A DNA stretch of 64,000 bases from Octopus vulgaris. Its lineage: Eukaryota. The notes below the pieces were generated by a model. It was not told the origin of the DNA. It saw only the letters and a list, made by a program, of their open reading frames with translations, and searched no databases. The stretch spans positions 168,020,001-168,084,000 of the forward strand of contig OX597816.1 in NCBI GenBank assembly GCA_951406725.2. The letters run 5' to 3'. The translations under genes were made by a program, and so were the position numbers. Below are positions 40,573 to 53,954 of the stretch, in pieces. The first letter of the stretch is position 1. The number at the start of each line of letters is the position of its first letter.

Positions 40573-40636
40573 TGCTTCACTTCTGTGTTTTGTATTTCTC
40601 TCAGCTAATATAAAGCATGCCTGTGCATCTTGAACC
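40573..40636 (-). CDS. Slo2: Slo2 exon (RCK1): VQDAQACFILAERNTKHRSEA
   Basis: tttcag/gtaagt, 64 nt, phase 2-0. ACFIL motif. Confidence 0.95.
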
Positions 40637-40779
40637 CTGAAAGTAGAAACAAAATTGAAACACAAAATACATTAACTATACAATGGGGTCACAAAGGTGA
40701 ATATTGCAATCCCTGCCAAAGAAACACAGAGATTTCTATATTTATACTGTAGAGCAAAAAAAGCTGTGAAGTCCTGGAT

Positions 40780-41460
40780 AGACTGAGTATGCACTGGAAG
40801 ACAGTACATCTTCTAACAAGATTCTGTGCCATCTCATTAGGCTTGAACAATCCAAACATGGATACATGCTAATCTTCATGATCACATTATCCTAGACACC
40901 TGGCCTCCTAGCTCACCAAACCCCAATCCACTGGACTATTATGTATGGGGCATAGTTAAGAGAGAGGTCAATCAACGATCCCATTATACCATACAAACTC
41001 TCTAATCCACTATATCCAGTACTATGTCCAAAATTGATAAAGATCATCTGATTTAGGTATGTCAGTGCTTCCATATCTGATTTAGTTATGTCAGTGCTTC
41101 CATATCTGATTTAGGTGTGTCAGTGCTTTCAAGTCTGCAGCTATTGATGTTAATGGTGGATTCGTTAAATCATCATCATCATCGTTTAGCGTCCGCTTTC
41201 CATGCTAGCATGGGTTGGACGGTTCAACTGGGGTCTGGGAAGCCAGAAGGCTGCAGCAGGCCCAGTCTGATCTGGCAATGTTTCTACGGCTGGATGCCCT
41301 TCCTAACGCCAACCACTCCGTGAGTGTAGTTAAATGGGTGTAATAAAAGGATTCTCATGATTGTTTGTACCAATTTGTTTTCAAATACAACATTTCTTTG
41401 AAAAGTTATGTGTCTTTTTCTAAATTCATACAAATGATCTCAAAAGCCTTATGTACCCTT
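40780..41460 (+). mobile_element. Tc1/maT-like transposase remnant
   Basis: WPPSSPNPNPLDYYVWGIVKREV reads at ~40900. Interrupted by a SINE tail at ~41170-41330. Confidence 0.65.
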
Positions 41461-41582
41461 TATATAGACAGTTTAAATATTGTTCATAAATGACATCTGA
41501 TTTTTTTTTAAAGTTGAAATAAATATCTTTACCAATATATACTCATATATCTTGCTTAATTAACCTGTAATAACTTCTAGAG

Positions 41583-44500
41583 CAGGGGTGGGGAAACTTT
41601 TTAGTGCAGTGGGCAAAAATTTCCAAAGAAAAAGGTCCATGGATGGATCACAAGTTCTGGCTCTTAAATCTGTGTAAATCTGGTAAAAATCTATGTATAA
41701 TTCAATATATGAGGGTAATTCCAAAAGCAAGGTCTCCAAAGCAATGGGGACGCAGGGAAACTGTGCATGCAGGTATTGGCAACACTGTTGTGTTTGTTGT
41801 GCATGAGTCTGCTCCTGTGTGTGCCTTGCTACCTTGCTCAGTCTTGGCTTGGCAGTCATATCTGATGGTGCTCCCAATTGATGCTACCGCCAAGTGTGAA
41901 GGTCATGCAGTTATTTGGTGTTTGAACGTAAAAGGCATTAAACTGATTGAAATTCATTGCCAATTAACAGAAGTGTATGGCAAGTCATGCATGGATGTCA
42001 AAAACGTCTGCAAGTGGTGTAGAAGCAGGTGACCATCAATTTCTGATGAGACCGTTGCAAAGGTTGAGTAAATCCTACATGAAAATCAGCGGATCACTTC
42101 GGATGATCTCTGCATTTTGGTTCCTGAGGTTTCCTAAAGCACTATTCATAGGGTTTTGAGTGAAAAGTTGCAAAATCAGAAGGTGTGTGCAAGATGGGTC
42201 CCACGAATGCTCACAGAGGACCATAAACGACAATTCACCTTACAGTCCAGACTTGGTACCCAGTGACTACCACCTGTTCCCTAAGTTGAAAGAACATTTG
42301 GCTGGAACACACTTCAGCCATGACGACAAGGTGAAAGATGAGGTTCAACACTTCCTCAATGACATGGTGGTGAGCTGGTATGACATGAGTATACAAAAAC
42401 TGCCCCAGCACCTACAAAAATACATCAACCGAAATGGCAATTATGTTGAAAAATAGATAAATGTTCAAACTTTAAGATGATGTAAACATCATCGACAATA
42501 AACGTTTCGGTGATTTCTAAATATTTTTGGGGACCTTACTTTTGGGATTACTCTCGTACATTAATAAAAATAAGTTTAACACATTAAATTAATGTGTAAC
42601 ATCTTCATTAACACTGCCACTGAATTTAGGACGTTTATATTACTTATGGGAGGTGCAATGGCCTAGTGGTTAGGGCAGCGGACTTGCGGTCGCAGGATCG
42701 CGGTTTTGATTCCCAGACCGGGCGTTGTGTGTGTTTATTGAGCGAAAACACCTAAAAAAGCTCCACGAGGCTCCAGCATGGGGTGGTGATCCCTGCTGTA
42801 CTCTTTCACCACTCTTTCTTCTGTTGGCCTGCTCGCTTAGCCAGCGGGGTGGCGTCATTCGAAGGCTAAAACAATGCGAACGCATTGTGACCAGCGATGT
42901 GTAACAACATCTGATGGTCTGGTTGGTCACGTGATCACCTGATATTACTTATGATGTATTCTATATTTTTTCAAAATGTACCTATCCTAATGTTGGAGAA
43001 ATCATAACAATCAAGCACAGACCGAATTTAATTTTGAAAAATTACAAAAATACCTAAATAATATTATATGTAAATGGCATATTTAAACAAATTTATCCTA
43101 ATGATGATAATATCAAAGCTAATTAGCCTTAACTTTAAAACTTGGTTTCGTTTAGTGAGAAGGATAAAACTGCCTTTTTTCTTTTCTTTTTTTTTTTTTT
43201 TTGAAAGTTTAGGAATATCACAAGCCTTTGAAGAAACTGCTATTCTTACTTTATTACCCAAGTTTTCATCAGCAGATCTGCATAATTCAATTTGGAAAAA
43301 AACTGCTCACATTGATAAGTGGTTGAAAATTGAGATGGGAATTTAAAGACATTTTTATGTAAAGTAGGGAATTTCTCAGGATTGATGGACTTGTAGAAGT
43401 GCAATAAAGACAGATTAATATATTTCAATTTTATTAAGTTATCTTACTACTAATCAATTAATTTTAATTGTAAGAAATCTGGAGCCTCCTAGGAACACAT
43501 CAAAAGGTGTTTCAAAAACACGTAGTTTGATTTGATTTTATTTTGTATTTCTTCAAATCTACTTTCAAATTTCTTCATAAAACTTTCACACTCGTCAGAA
43601 TATTTCTTTGTTGATTTGGTATTTTGTTCACTCAGTTTCAGAAAATGTGTGAAGCACTTTCTTTTCAATTGTGTGACAAATAAATGAAGCATTGACTCAA
43701 AGCTTTTGATATGAGAAAGCAAACTGGTTATTAGCTGATTGGAACCTTATAGCTTCAACTTCAAATTATTTAAATGACTAGTTATATCTACTAAAAATGC
43801 TAAATAACATCGAAGCTTTTTATTTTCCAGATCTATAATAAAACTTGCTGTAATAGCATTAGAGCTTTACTTAACCACTTAACTTCACAATGGTACAATA
43901 AAGCCCCATTATTCGGCTTCAAGATATTTCAAAAATTCTTAAAATTTCCTATTATTCAACCCTTTGCTTTTTATCAAATTAATGGCTCTAGTTACAACTT
44001 TCATTACATTACCCATCTCGAGAGATTTTACACATAAACTTTCCATATGAATAAAGCAGTGACACAAAGTTTCCAGATCCAAAAGGTGCTTCTTAAATTC
44101 ACTCATAATCAAATCTATGAACCCTTTTTCATGACCTACAATAGATGGAGTGCCATCTGTAGCAAGACAACTCACTTTTTCATATGGTAAATCAAAATCT
44201 TTTAATGCTGAATTGACCACTTGAAAAAATCTTCACCCCTAGTTGTTCTATGCATTGATTTCAAGGTGAGAAATTCTTCCCGAATATTGAATTTTGCAGT
44301 TACTCCATGTATAAATATTCTTTTCTACTCTAGGCACAAGGCCATCTGAGCAGTATTAGACAGCTCAGGTGTCTCATTAATAACTAATGAATACAACGCG
44401 ATTTCTGCTGAATCAAATTTTAGAGAATTTTGAATGTCATCAGCAATATCTTCAGTACAATTAGAAAGAGTTCTTGACAAGAGTTCCAAACAAACTAAGA

Positions 44501-45853
44501 TTTCCTGGGTATACATTCTTTCACAAATTCCCCATTGCTATGTGGTTTGAGTTTTTACAGCATAACTAGTTCGAGTTACTGATTCAGTTTCAAGAATCAA
44601 CCTTTTAAAAAAGCATTGTTCTTTAGTCAGATTTTCTTTCAAGGAGGCTATTTTGTCTAAATGTTCAGATTCTTTCAAATTTTCATAGATCTTATGCTTA
44701 CTCACAAAATGCCTCTCAATATTATATTTTTTATGAATGGCTACTTGTTCATTGCAATTAAGACAAATGCACTTGTTATCTAAATCAATAAGAAAATAAA
44801 GATCAGCCAAGTTTTCATTAAAGTACATTCACCAGCGCTTTTTTTTCAGGGATTTTTATAACTGTTTGCCATATTGTTAAGGGTACTGAAAAATTCATTT
44901 AACAAAGTTAACAAAGTTATAAACTGGTAAAATTGTTGTTATTACTGCTGCTTGGGAAAAGCAAAAGCCAACTGGCTCATAGTCGTAATGCATGTGTTCA
45001 GTGTTGTAAAAACTGTAAAAAATAAAAATCTGCAAAAAGTCTAAATATTGTTTGGTTCTGCAAAGTTTAACTTGATTTTTCTCTCCGCTTGTCCATACAG
45101 ATGTTGACAAGTGAGTGGGTAGGGAGGGGCGATAACTGATAAGCTGATGGTAGATGAAAGTAACTCCTGTTGACCTTCTTGACACTGACTGATAGCAAAA
45201 GAACGCGACCCCTCCTTTTGTAAAAAGTTATATAACACTGCTTTTTCAGAAAAACAGTTGGTAATATTTTTTTTATAATCCTGTTCATAAAGACACCAAA
45301 TAAGTAGTTTCTGTTCCGATGAAGCTTTACCAATTTGTTTTTGATTTTTAATAGATTTCAAAATGTTTTTTGCTTATCGATTGACAGAAAGGGGGTGAGT
45401 GTCAATTTTGGAGATTTTTTTTTTTTTTGTAAAAACATGGAAAATTAAATAGAGATGAAAATTTAAATACTTGGGATTCTTGGATATGAATAATTTTTAC
45501 ACAGTATCTTCTACAATCCTTCAGCTTTTGTTTCATATAAAAATTATTTCAATACAGGTAACATATGTTTAGTTTTCTCAGCTAAAATATAGTTGGGTCT
45601 CAAGGGTGTTGTACAAACCTAGCAATATGTGTTTTATAGGGAAAACAAAATTTCCATTCAAATGGTAATTACCGGACGATTTCTGTTTGAGTCTGACCAT
45701 TTTAAGTCGTAGCGGAAACCCAACCTAAGTCAAAAATAGGTATACAAGTATTGTATAAATTTTATATTTGCAAAATTTACTTTATTTTGTACATACGAGT
45801 ATATCAGCCTGTAGGCGCAATTTTACCTGTGGGTGGGTGTTTCCCCACCCCTG
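41583..45853 (-). mobile_element. Full-span decayed hAT (Charlie/Buster/SPIN-like) transposon, ~4.3 kb
   Basis: Perfect 15-bp TIR CAGGGGTGGGGAAAC and 8-bp TSD TTCTAGAG/TTCTACAG. Minus-strand transposase fragments at ~43100-44870 (BED-like CLNC...NIERH, ATDGTPS, HCFIH, FSTTYQCEQFFS). Confidence 0.92.
41710..42556 (+). mobile_element. Internally deleted mariner element nested in the hAT
   Basis: ~31-bp TIRs with TA TSD. ORF fragment carries YSPDLVPSDYHLF. Confidence 0.9.
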
Positions 45854-46107
45854 TTCTACAGTCATTATGCTTTAAAAATGCTGCTGAATTCTCTTCAATG
45901 CCCATTATGTACTATCCAAAATACTCACGGGAAAGCCTTATACAGCCACAACATTTTGAGAGAAGAGTTTCTTGCAAAGTGGAAATGAATTCTTCTATTG
46001 AATATCCTAAGTCTGATTATTGAAGACTTAACATAACACATATCATGAAATCATACATAATGGTAAACATTATTGGGAAAACCATCCATCTATTAATTGT
46101 ATATTAC

Positions 46108-46244
46108 CTGGCTTTATCAAGGTCCATGTCTTTTAAAGCTGATCCCTTCAAATAATGTACTCTATGGCCCCATTTAGGATCTTTCAGAACAACATTGATG
46201 TTTGTGTTAAGTTCTGTAGAAGCCATAAAGACTACATGGTAACA
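46108..46244 (-). CDS. Slo2: Slo2 exon (RCK1): CYHVVFMASTELNTNINVVLKDPKWGHRVHYLKGSALKDMDLDKAR
   Basis: Pyrimidine tract + cag/gtaata, 137 nt, phase 0-2. GSALKDxDL motif. Confidence 0.96.
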
Positions 46245-48629
46245 CTGTAATAAAAAGAAAAATAATAGAAATTTCATTTTTAAGGTCAAACTGAAGGTGT
46301 GATCATCATCATCATCATCATGGTTTAACGTCCGTTTTCTGCGCTAGCACGGGTTGGACGGTGTTGGGAGGTATTTGTTGTTACTGTTTTCACAGCTTAA
46401 AATGTTATTTGATAATATTCATAAATTTTACTTAATAACTCCAGATTTTGTAATCAGTTGATCTGAGATCAGTAATAACTAATTACTCTTCACATAATTA
46501 TCTTTAACCCTTTAGTATTTAAACCGGCCATATCCGGCCAAAATATTTAATCTGTTTTATGTTCAAACTGACCAGATCCAGGCTCTCACACCTACCCATG
46601 TTTGATAGAATAATTAGAACATTAAAGGGTTAATCCTGTTATCACCACTGGTTTATAGTTAGCTGCTAATGCATTTTGCATGATAAGCATCATCAACCAA
46701 CCTTACAAATATTTGATAATTTACCTGTTAATAAATTTAGAACTTTAAATGATATTGCATATTCAGTCAATCCTCACTTTATTGAGATAAACTTTGAATC
46801 GCACCCATAAAAAGAGAAAAACAAATTAGTTGCTCAATATAAATTTCCAAATATTTAATTTTTCTCACTATTATTGTATCTAAAAATGCTGAGATATTGA
46901 AGTTTCTTCATAAATTAATAGAGAACTTCTGATGTGTAGCATTTTCTAATTAGAGATATTAAAGAAATTATGCTGATATTATTTGAAATTTTAGAACATA
47001 TTTGAAACAACAGAAAATAATTACTTTATGCACAAAATATTTAAGTATTAAACTCAATAAACAGATAATATAGCATATTGAAATAGATTTGACAAAACAC
47101 AATACGTTCTCTTTCTGGTTCACTAGTTCAATTTCAAAATATTACCAAGTAATTTTACTTTTATACATGGTAAGATTTAGAATTTAAAATTCTTTAGAAC
47201 ATGAAAGTATCAAATTACTTAATCAAATACAGAAAATAACTAATAAAATACATTATGTTTAAAATTATATATTTAATTGCTTAAATCATATTTAACAGTG
47301 ATATTTATTCAACAATACTGAAGATATAACTCCAAATATCTAAATGTCATGTGACATACAATAAGATATTAGTTTCACACTAATTGCTGCTCTTCAGCTC
47401 CTTCCAAACTGAATGTAGCAAAGAAGTACTACAAGAAAGATTTAAAGAGTGATACTTGGTACTGTTTTAAGGAAATTGATCATAATTAATACAATTAAAT
47501 AGCAGAATATATACCTAAACGGTATATGCAATTGAGGCAGTATTAAGTTACAATAGTCATCTAAGTATCATACTTAATGTATACACACTTAATATATAAG
47601 AGATAATATCTCTTATGGACTTGCTGTGTTAAAAACAATATCTTGAGGGAGATCAAAATTCCTTCCAATAGCAGCCAACAAGACCACCAGATACATTTCA
47701 GCTTTTTGGGGCCTTTTCAGTGGTACATACTCATAGCCAGCTACATGCTCAAACAAGAATTCATCACCTCTGACACAAGGAAAAAAATGGACTAAAACAA
47801 TCACTGATGTTGTGATAGTTGTCCAGCTGAATGAAAATTCGGTATAAATGATTGAGGCAAAATTAAATTAAAATAGCTATCTATGATACATACTTAATGT
47901 ATAGACGTTGACGATAGGCTAATTACTGCAGTATTTGTTCTTAGATAATATCACTTATGGAACTGCATAAATCTCATATGTATACATTCATACACAAAAT
48001 CATAGATGTGTAACTACATAGATATAGTATATACAACATATATAAATATATCAACAGTGAGAATACAGGAATCTTCATGGCACATCTTCATGGATGCTTG
48101 TGTGAGTGAGCGTACATGCACCATATAACCTACATGAGAATGTTTATACGTCCATATCTGTTAACATTTATATCTAATATTTTTTCCGCTGGACTGTGTG
48201 TTTGCTTCTTTTATGTATCTGTCATTTTATTCCTTAGTCTGAACGTCTAGTTTCTGCTATTTCCATAGCCTTCATCAGTAAGGACTGCTCGTTTGGCAGA
48301 TTCCAGGCCAATCCTCCTGTCAGCATATATGTATTTACTTTAAAAATTTATAAATGATTTAGCAGATCATTAATCTATATACAAAAAGTAATATAAGCAG
48401 CTATGTGCAACGTGATACCATAAAGGAAAAATATACTTGCCACTGAACATATAAGGAATAAGAACTAAACTGCTCTAATGATGTAGGAAAAACACATGAA
48501 TGTATACATGTATGCTCACAATGACTGAACTTGCTCAAAACACATTAGTAATCCACTAAATCATCCTTAAATTTTTATGATAAATCCATATATGCTGCTG
48601 ACAGGATGATTGGCCCAGAATCTGCCAAA

Positions 48630-48682
48630 TCTTACTGATGAAGGCTATGAAAATAGTCTGAAACTGGACGTTCAGTCTAAGG
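48630..48682 (+). ncRNA. Minimal type I hammerhead ribozyme motif, canonical core
   Basis: TCTTA-CTGATGA-AGGCTAT(GAAA)ATAGTCT-GAAA-CTGGACGTTCAG-TC-TAAGG. Stem I, 7-bp stem II, self-complementary stem III and a GUC cleavage triplet are all present. Confidence 0.8.
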
Positions 48683-50064
48683 AATTCTTAAGTTGGTGTT
48701 TTGGGTGATTATAGCCCCTATGAGCATATATGTATACATCTATGTGCTTTTCCTACAGAATAAGAGTATTTCAGTTCTTATTTCTAGCGATGTAGGTGTC
48801 TTGAGATTCTTAATCGTGTTCATTGACAGTTATATTTTATATATATGTGTGTATGCATAGTTAAGTTTTATATCTGGTCATAGAGAGACCAATGGTTTTG
48901 CATCCAGAAAGGGCTTAGCCCCATGGATGGCTCATCAGACTCTAAAGCCAAAGACAAGTGTAACTCTTCACCTCTGAGAGGCAGGAATCCGTTAATGGTC
49001 ATTTGACCAGTAAGTCGCCAAAGACTAAATACTCGAGGATCAGCAAGGACGGGTTATCTCCCTTAGACCAGTTCATCTGGGCCAAAAGAGGGGGAACAGA
49101 GGAGTTTTCCTTTTGGCTGCTTTTAGACTTAAGGACCCTTCCAGGTCTAATCAGATAATGGGAATTCCCATGCTTGAAGCAGGCAGCATTAGAAATGAAT
49201 CCAAGGGCTATAAATTTCCTGGTGAGTGTTCAGTGATCCAGGTTTCAAGGAGTCTTTCAGTATTCTTGCTCACTCAGCTATACAAAGCTTGCAGCATTTG
49301 CTCCTGTTAATGTAGGTTCCAAGCCGCTCTAAGATCCTCCACTTAATAAACAACAAGCTTCTTTTAGTTTCCTTCTACCAAATCCACTTACAAAGCTTTG
49401 GTCAGCTCAGGGCTATAGTAGAAGACACTTATCCAAGGTGCCATGCAGTGGGACTGAACCCAGCACTATGTGGTTGCGAAGCAAGCTTCTTGCCACACAG
49501 CCATGGATCTTTTCAAAAATTATAATGTTTTGCTACTTCGGTATCGAATCTGGTCAAGCCCAAGGACTCTGTCGTGAACATAATTTATTGGTAAAACTTC
49601 ATTTTTCTTGTTAGCTTGGCTAACCTGCTCTTTAATTTTATGCTTAACTTCTATAAATCATCTTCTGTCACCCTTTCCCTCTCCTTCTGCACCACTCTTA
49701 TATCTTTATTGGTCTTATCATCAAAAGCAGCATAACAGCTGCTTTAACCCTTTAGCATTCAAACTGGCCAAAACCATTTTAAATAAACAAACATCACATT
49801 TGACAGAATAATGCGAACACTAAAGGGTTAATCAAACGTATCAACAGCTAGCAATAAGCCTTTAAAAATTATCCAATACCTTCTACATATAGATTCCCTG
49901 TCTATAAAGGCATCTTTTAACAACAGTTATGTCTTTTTAATTAAAGGTTTTCTTTACTTATTAACAGAAGGAAATCGGACAAAATGGTCCATAAAAATAT
50001 AGGTAGGTAGGTCACATAAATAATTTAAAGGAGTTTGAGAATACAAACAAAATTACATAGTTAC

Positions 50065-50229
50065 CTGAAGATCAGGATGTGCAAAAAATTCATTTAAGAA
50101 ATCCATGATAACATCTGGAAAAATTGCAGTGATAAAAACTACAACATGTTTATGACGTTTAGCATTATCTTTACTGAATTCTTTCCCTTCCTTTTTCTTG
50201 TCAATAAAAGTTGATCCAATACTTTCCAG
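50065..50229 (-). CDS. Slo2: Slo2 exon (S6-RCK1 linker): LESIGSTFIDKKKEGKEFSKDNAKRHKHVVVFITAIFPDVIMDFLNEFFAHPDLQ
   Basis: tag/gtaac, 165 nt, phase 0-0. KHVV and MDFLNEF.AHP motifs. Confidence 0.96.
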
Positions 50230-50552
50230 CTATATAACAGGAATAAAATGTTTAGTATAAGAAAAGTATACTACTATCAGCAATAGTATTAATAATGAAG
50301 TAGAATATAGAACACAAAATGGTATTAGTAGTTTCTTAAAATGTATTTCTTAATAACCAAAAGCAAGGGCAATGCCTATAGCAATTCAAAGTCTGTTGAA
50401 CTGATTAGAGGCAGTTAGATGAGTTTATTTTGCTTAATATTTAATTTGAAGAGAACATCGACAGAGACCTAGGAAGAGATGTTATTTTAGAGAAAGAAAT
50501 TAGTCAAAAAGGAAGGGGTTGAAGCAAATGAAACAAGTATGTTTATTTAGAA

Positions 50553-50949
50553 CTAGCAGTATTGCCCGGCGTTGCTCGGGTTTGTAAGGGAAATAACTAT
50601 ATAAGCCTTTTTAGAGAGTTATAGCCAAAAAATAGCAAAAAAATGCATTAAAAATGGAAAAAAAATGATGGTAAATTTTTTTTTAAATCGTTGACTCATC
50701 GTAGACATTTTTAGAGAGTTACTTCCCTTATATAATAGCGGAAAAATGCATTAAAATGGAAAAAAATGATGGTAATTTTTTTTTAAATCGTAGACTCATC
50801 GTAGACACGCGCTAATACCCAGAAGGGCTCAATATGAATCACAACTATAAGATACCCGGTTTTGGTTAAACTGCACTGCAAAATGTGGGAGTAGTTAGGA
50901 ATCTAAATCATAGGAGACAAACACACAACCTCTCTTTTATATATAAAGA
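50553..50949 (-). mobile_element. Non-autonomous Helitron (same family)
   Basis: Nearly colinear with 2071-2457, including an internal tandem duplication. Confidence 0.8.
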
Positions 50950-53508
50950 TTATATAATCAATAGACACCCGGGTAGGAACAGTAAGATAGACAGAGGGAA
51001 CACATGACCTGGCAATGGGTAAGTAGTTGAGGAGTATCAGAAAATATTTGTCAAGTGGATAGTCTGTCTATGGATGCAATTGAAAATGTGCATATGTAAG
51101 AATCCAATGCCAGATGTCTGTGCAATACTTAGGGAAGGAGATTCTTGTAAATTATACAGAATAAGTAACTGTGGAAGTATTTTCTATCAGATGAAATAGT
51201 ATTTTAACTTTTTGTAATGCCACCTTGGTTATGTTCATGTGTATTTGGAGATAGTAAGCCTAGCAATATGTGTCAATCATGAAGGGTCTTGCTGTGTGTT
51301 ATGAGCAATGGCAATGCAATGTTTATGTCTATGTTTGCTTTGTGATTTTTGCAGTCAGAAAGATGTTGATGGTATACATAATGCAGTGTGAGGGAGATGT
51401 CATCTTTAACAAAGCGCATGTACTTGGAACTCCCATTGCTGTTGAGATGGTGGATGTGAGAGATGTAAGATAATAGTCGGTGGGATTAGAAAGATTTCCT
51501 TTTTCAGATATGGATCAAACCATATGTTTCCAGATTTCTTAGTATTTACATAGAGAGTTTAGTAGGATATGGTCAAAATCAAAACACTGTCTAAAGGTGA
51601 ATAAGTTGTTTGTTGGGTGTAGTAACAATACAAGTTGTTACACCTGACAACAGTTACAAATGAAATGGAATGAGTTAGAAAAGCAAATCAGGGATAAATT
51701 TAAATTCTTTGGAATCCATTTGGCAAGACACAAAAATGCACAACCAGATGGAAACAGTGAGAGCTTGACATTTTTTTGGTAAAGCACTAGAAGGAGTTGT
51801 GTTCATAGCTTTTGCAAGCCTTCAATGATTAATAAGACTGGTGTAGATGTAGGTAAACCTTCCCTTTGAACAGCTGAATGAAAGGAAATTCGAGAGTTAA
51901 CATACTGTGAAGAAAGAACTGGGGTTAGTAATGAGAGCAGAGCTTAGGGGAGGGAGACAAGCAGATGAGAAGTAAGTCAGGTAAGAATGCTTGAGTGGAG
52001 GTGATGTTAAATATGTAAATTTGAAAAAGCATAACTCACTGTGATGACGGTAGAAAAGGTAAAGAAAGGAGACAGAATGTCTGAGGGCCCGTGGTTGAAG
52101 TGTGTTGGTGAATGACCTTATGTTAAACAGTTGAACAGATTTTTGGGGGATAAATTCAAGAATGTCTATGTGTAACTATAACACCCACCCTCACGTTGAA
52201 GGAGTACATCAGTTTACTTTGCAGAGGGTTAGTAGTTGTCTGAGTTAAAATACTTCCTGGTTCTGAAAGGGAGACTAGTTTTATGATGTAATCTTTGTTA
52301 TATTAAGGATGAGTCAAGGGAAATCTGGCATTTTAACAATCTTGAGGACTCTTGTTGTGTGATGTTTCTGTTGTGGATGTGAGAATTTTTCTCCATATGT
52401 GCACTGATTGTATATTTGTACTGTTGAAGGATATAAGATTGGCATGAACCCTGCAGAGGAAGTTAATGAGGTGTTCTTTCACTGAGTTAGTGAAGATTTG
52501 GCATCATATAGCTGGGATAGAGAGAAATAAAGAGCTGGCAGAAACGTTAGCATGCCAGGCGAAATGCTTTGCGGTATTTCGTCTGCATTATGCTGTGAGT
52601 TCAAATTCCGCCGAGGTCAACTTTGCCTTTCATCCTTTCAGGGTCGATAAATTAAGTACCAGTTATGCACTGGGCTCGATGTAATTGACTTAATACCTAT
52701 GTCTGTCCTTGTTTGTCCCCTCTGTGTTTAGCCCCTTGTGGGTAGTAAAGAAATAGGTATTTGTATTTATTAGAGTAGATGTTGTTGGAGGTGATGTAGA
52801 TTATGGATGTTTTGAAAAAAGAGCGTGATGAACAAAACTGAAACCTGAGACACAGAATTGATAGAGTATGGGTCAGAGAGAGTTCCATTAGCAAACAACA
52901 CAATAGTGTGATCCAAAAGGAAGTCACCAATCCAAGAGAAGTGAGATAGAGGGAGCTATGGGGGTAGTCATTATAGGAAGTTTATATGCCAGACATAACT
53001 GAAAGTTTCACTGATGGTGAGTACAGAAACAATGCTTTCAACAAATTTTTTCTGGTGAGTAACATAGAGTAGGTCACTTGTGGATCTGGCTTTACAAAAG
53101 CTGTATTGATGATCATTTAGGAAAGAAAGAGAATCAAGGGGTTGGCAAAGGTTACTGTTAAAGTTGTTAATATAGGATATAATATCAAGGCTGTCGTCTC
53201 ATTGTAAACATTAAAATTAAATATATTACAGGAGGCTTTAATAATTTTGATGAGAGGTCATCTGCTACTTCTAAAAACTGGTGTTTCTCACTTACTTGTA
53301 TATGATAGATAAAAAAAATCAAACAATTTGACCATCTACTGCAAATGTGTAAATATTGTACATATTATATGCATATATGTACATTATATGTACAGTATAT
53401 ATGGTTGGGTTCTATGTGTACACCGTTGGTTGTGGTTTTGTTGGAATAGTTTAATCACCACAATTATTTGCTTCCAGAAATCATTTTAAGTAAACTTGTA
53501 AAATTTAA

Positions 53509-53729
53509 CCCTTTCATTACTGTATTTATTTTGAGATGCTCTGTGTTTCTTTCAATTACTTTAAATATAACAAAGAATTTAGTAAAATAACTTAGTTATC
53601 ATTAAGCTAGTGTTAGGAACATAAATTGTGACTAAGGTTTGGTGGAAGGTTTTAATTCAAAACTTCTGAAAACAAGACATTTGTACTACAGAGCCAGAGC
53701 CAGTTTCAGCTGGGTTGGTAACGAAAGGG
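53509..53729. mobile_element. piggyBac-like MITE, second family
   Basis: TTAA TSD and TIR CCCTTTCATTAC / GTAACGAAAGGG. Confidence 0.75.
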
Positions 53730-53954
53730 TTAAGATATTAAATTTATTTATCATAAGAACTAAAGTGAGGTAAAGTGAAACAATATTTTTTAGTGGGGAG
53801 ATGAATTTACTTGCATTTATACTGAATGAAAGTTTCCAAAAAATCGAAACCCAGTTATTGTATATGACTGACTGCAAAACTGACCAATGATAAAACAAAC
53901 ACCATTAAATTAAAAATCATAATTCTATGTATAGCTATATTTAATAAATAATAC

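Noticed and set aside
47695-47767. GTGATGA...CTGA on the minus strand resembling a C/D-box snoRNA
   Set aside because: No terminal stem and no recognisable guide sequence. Such boxes are expected by chance.
51000-52460. Possible very old minus-strand Penelope/RT remnant (also ~60830-61700)
   Set aside because: Only scattered motif hints such as TAMG, too degraded to support a call by eye.
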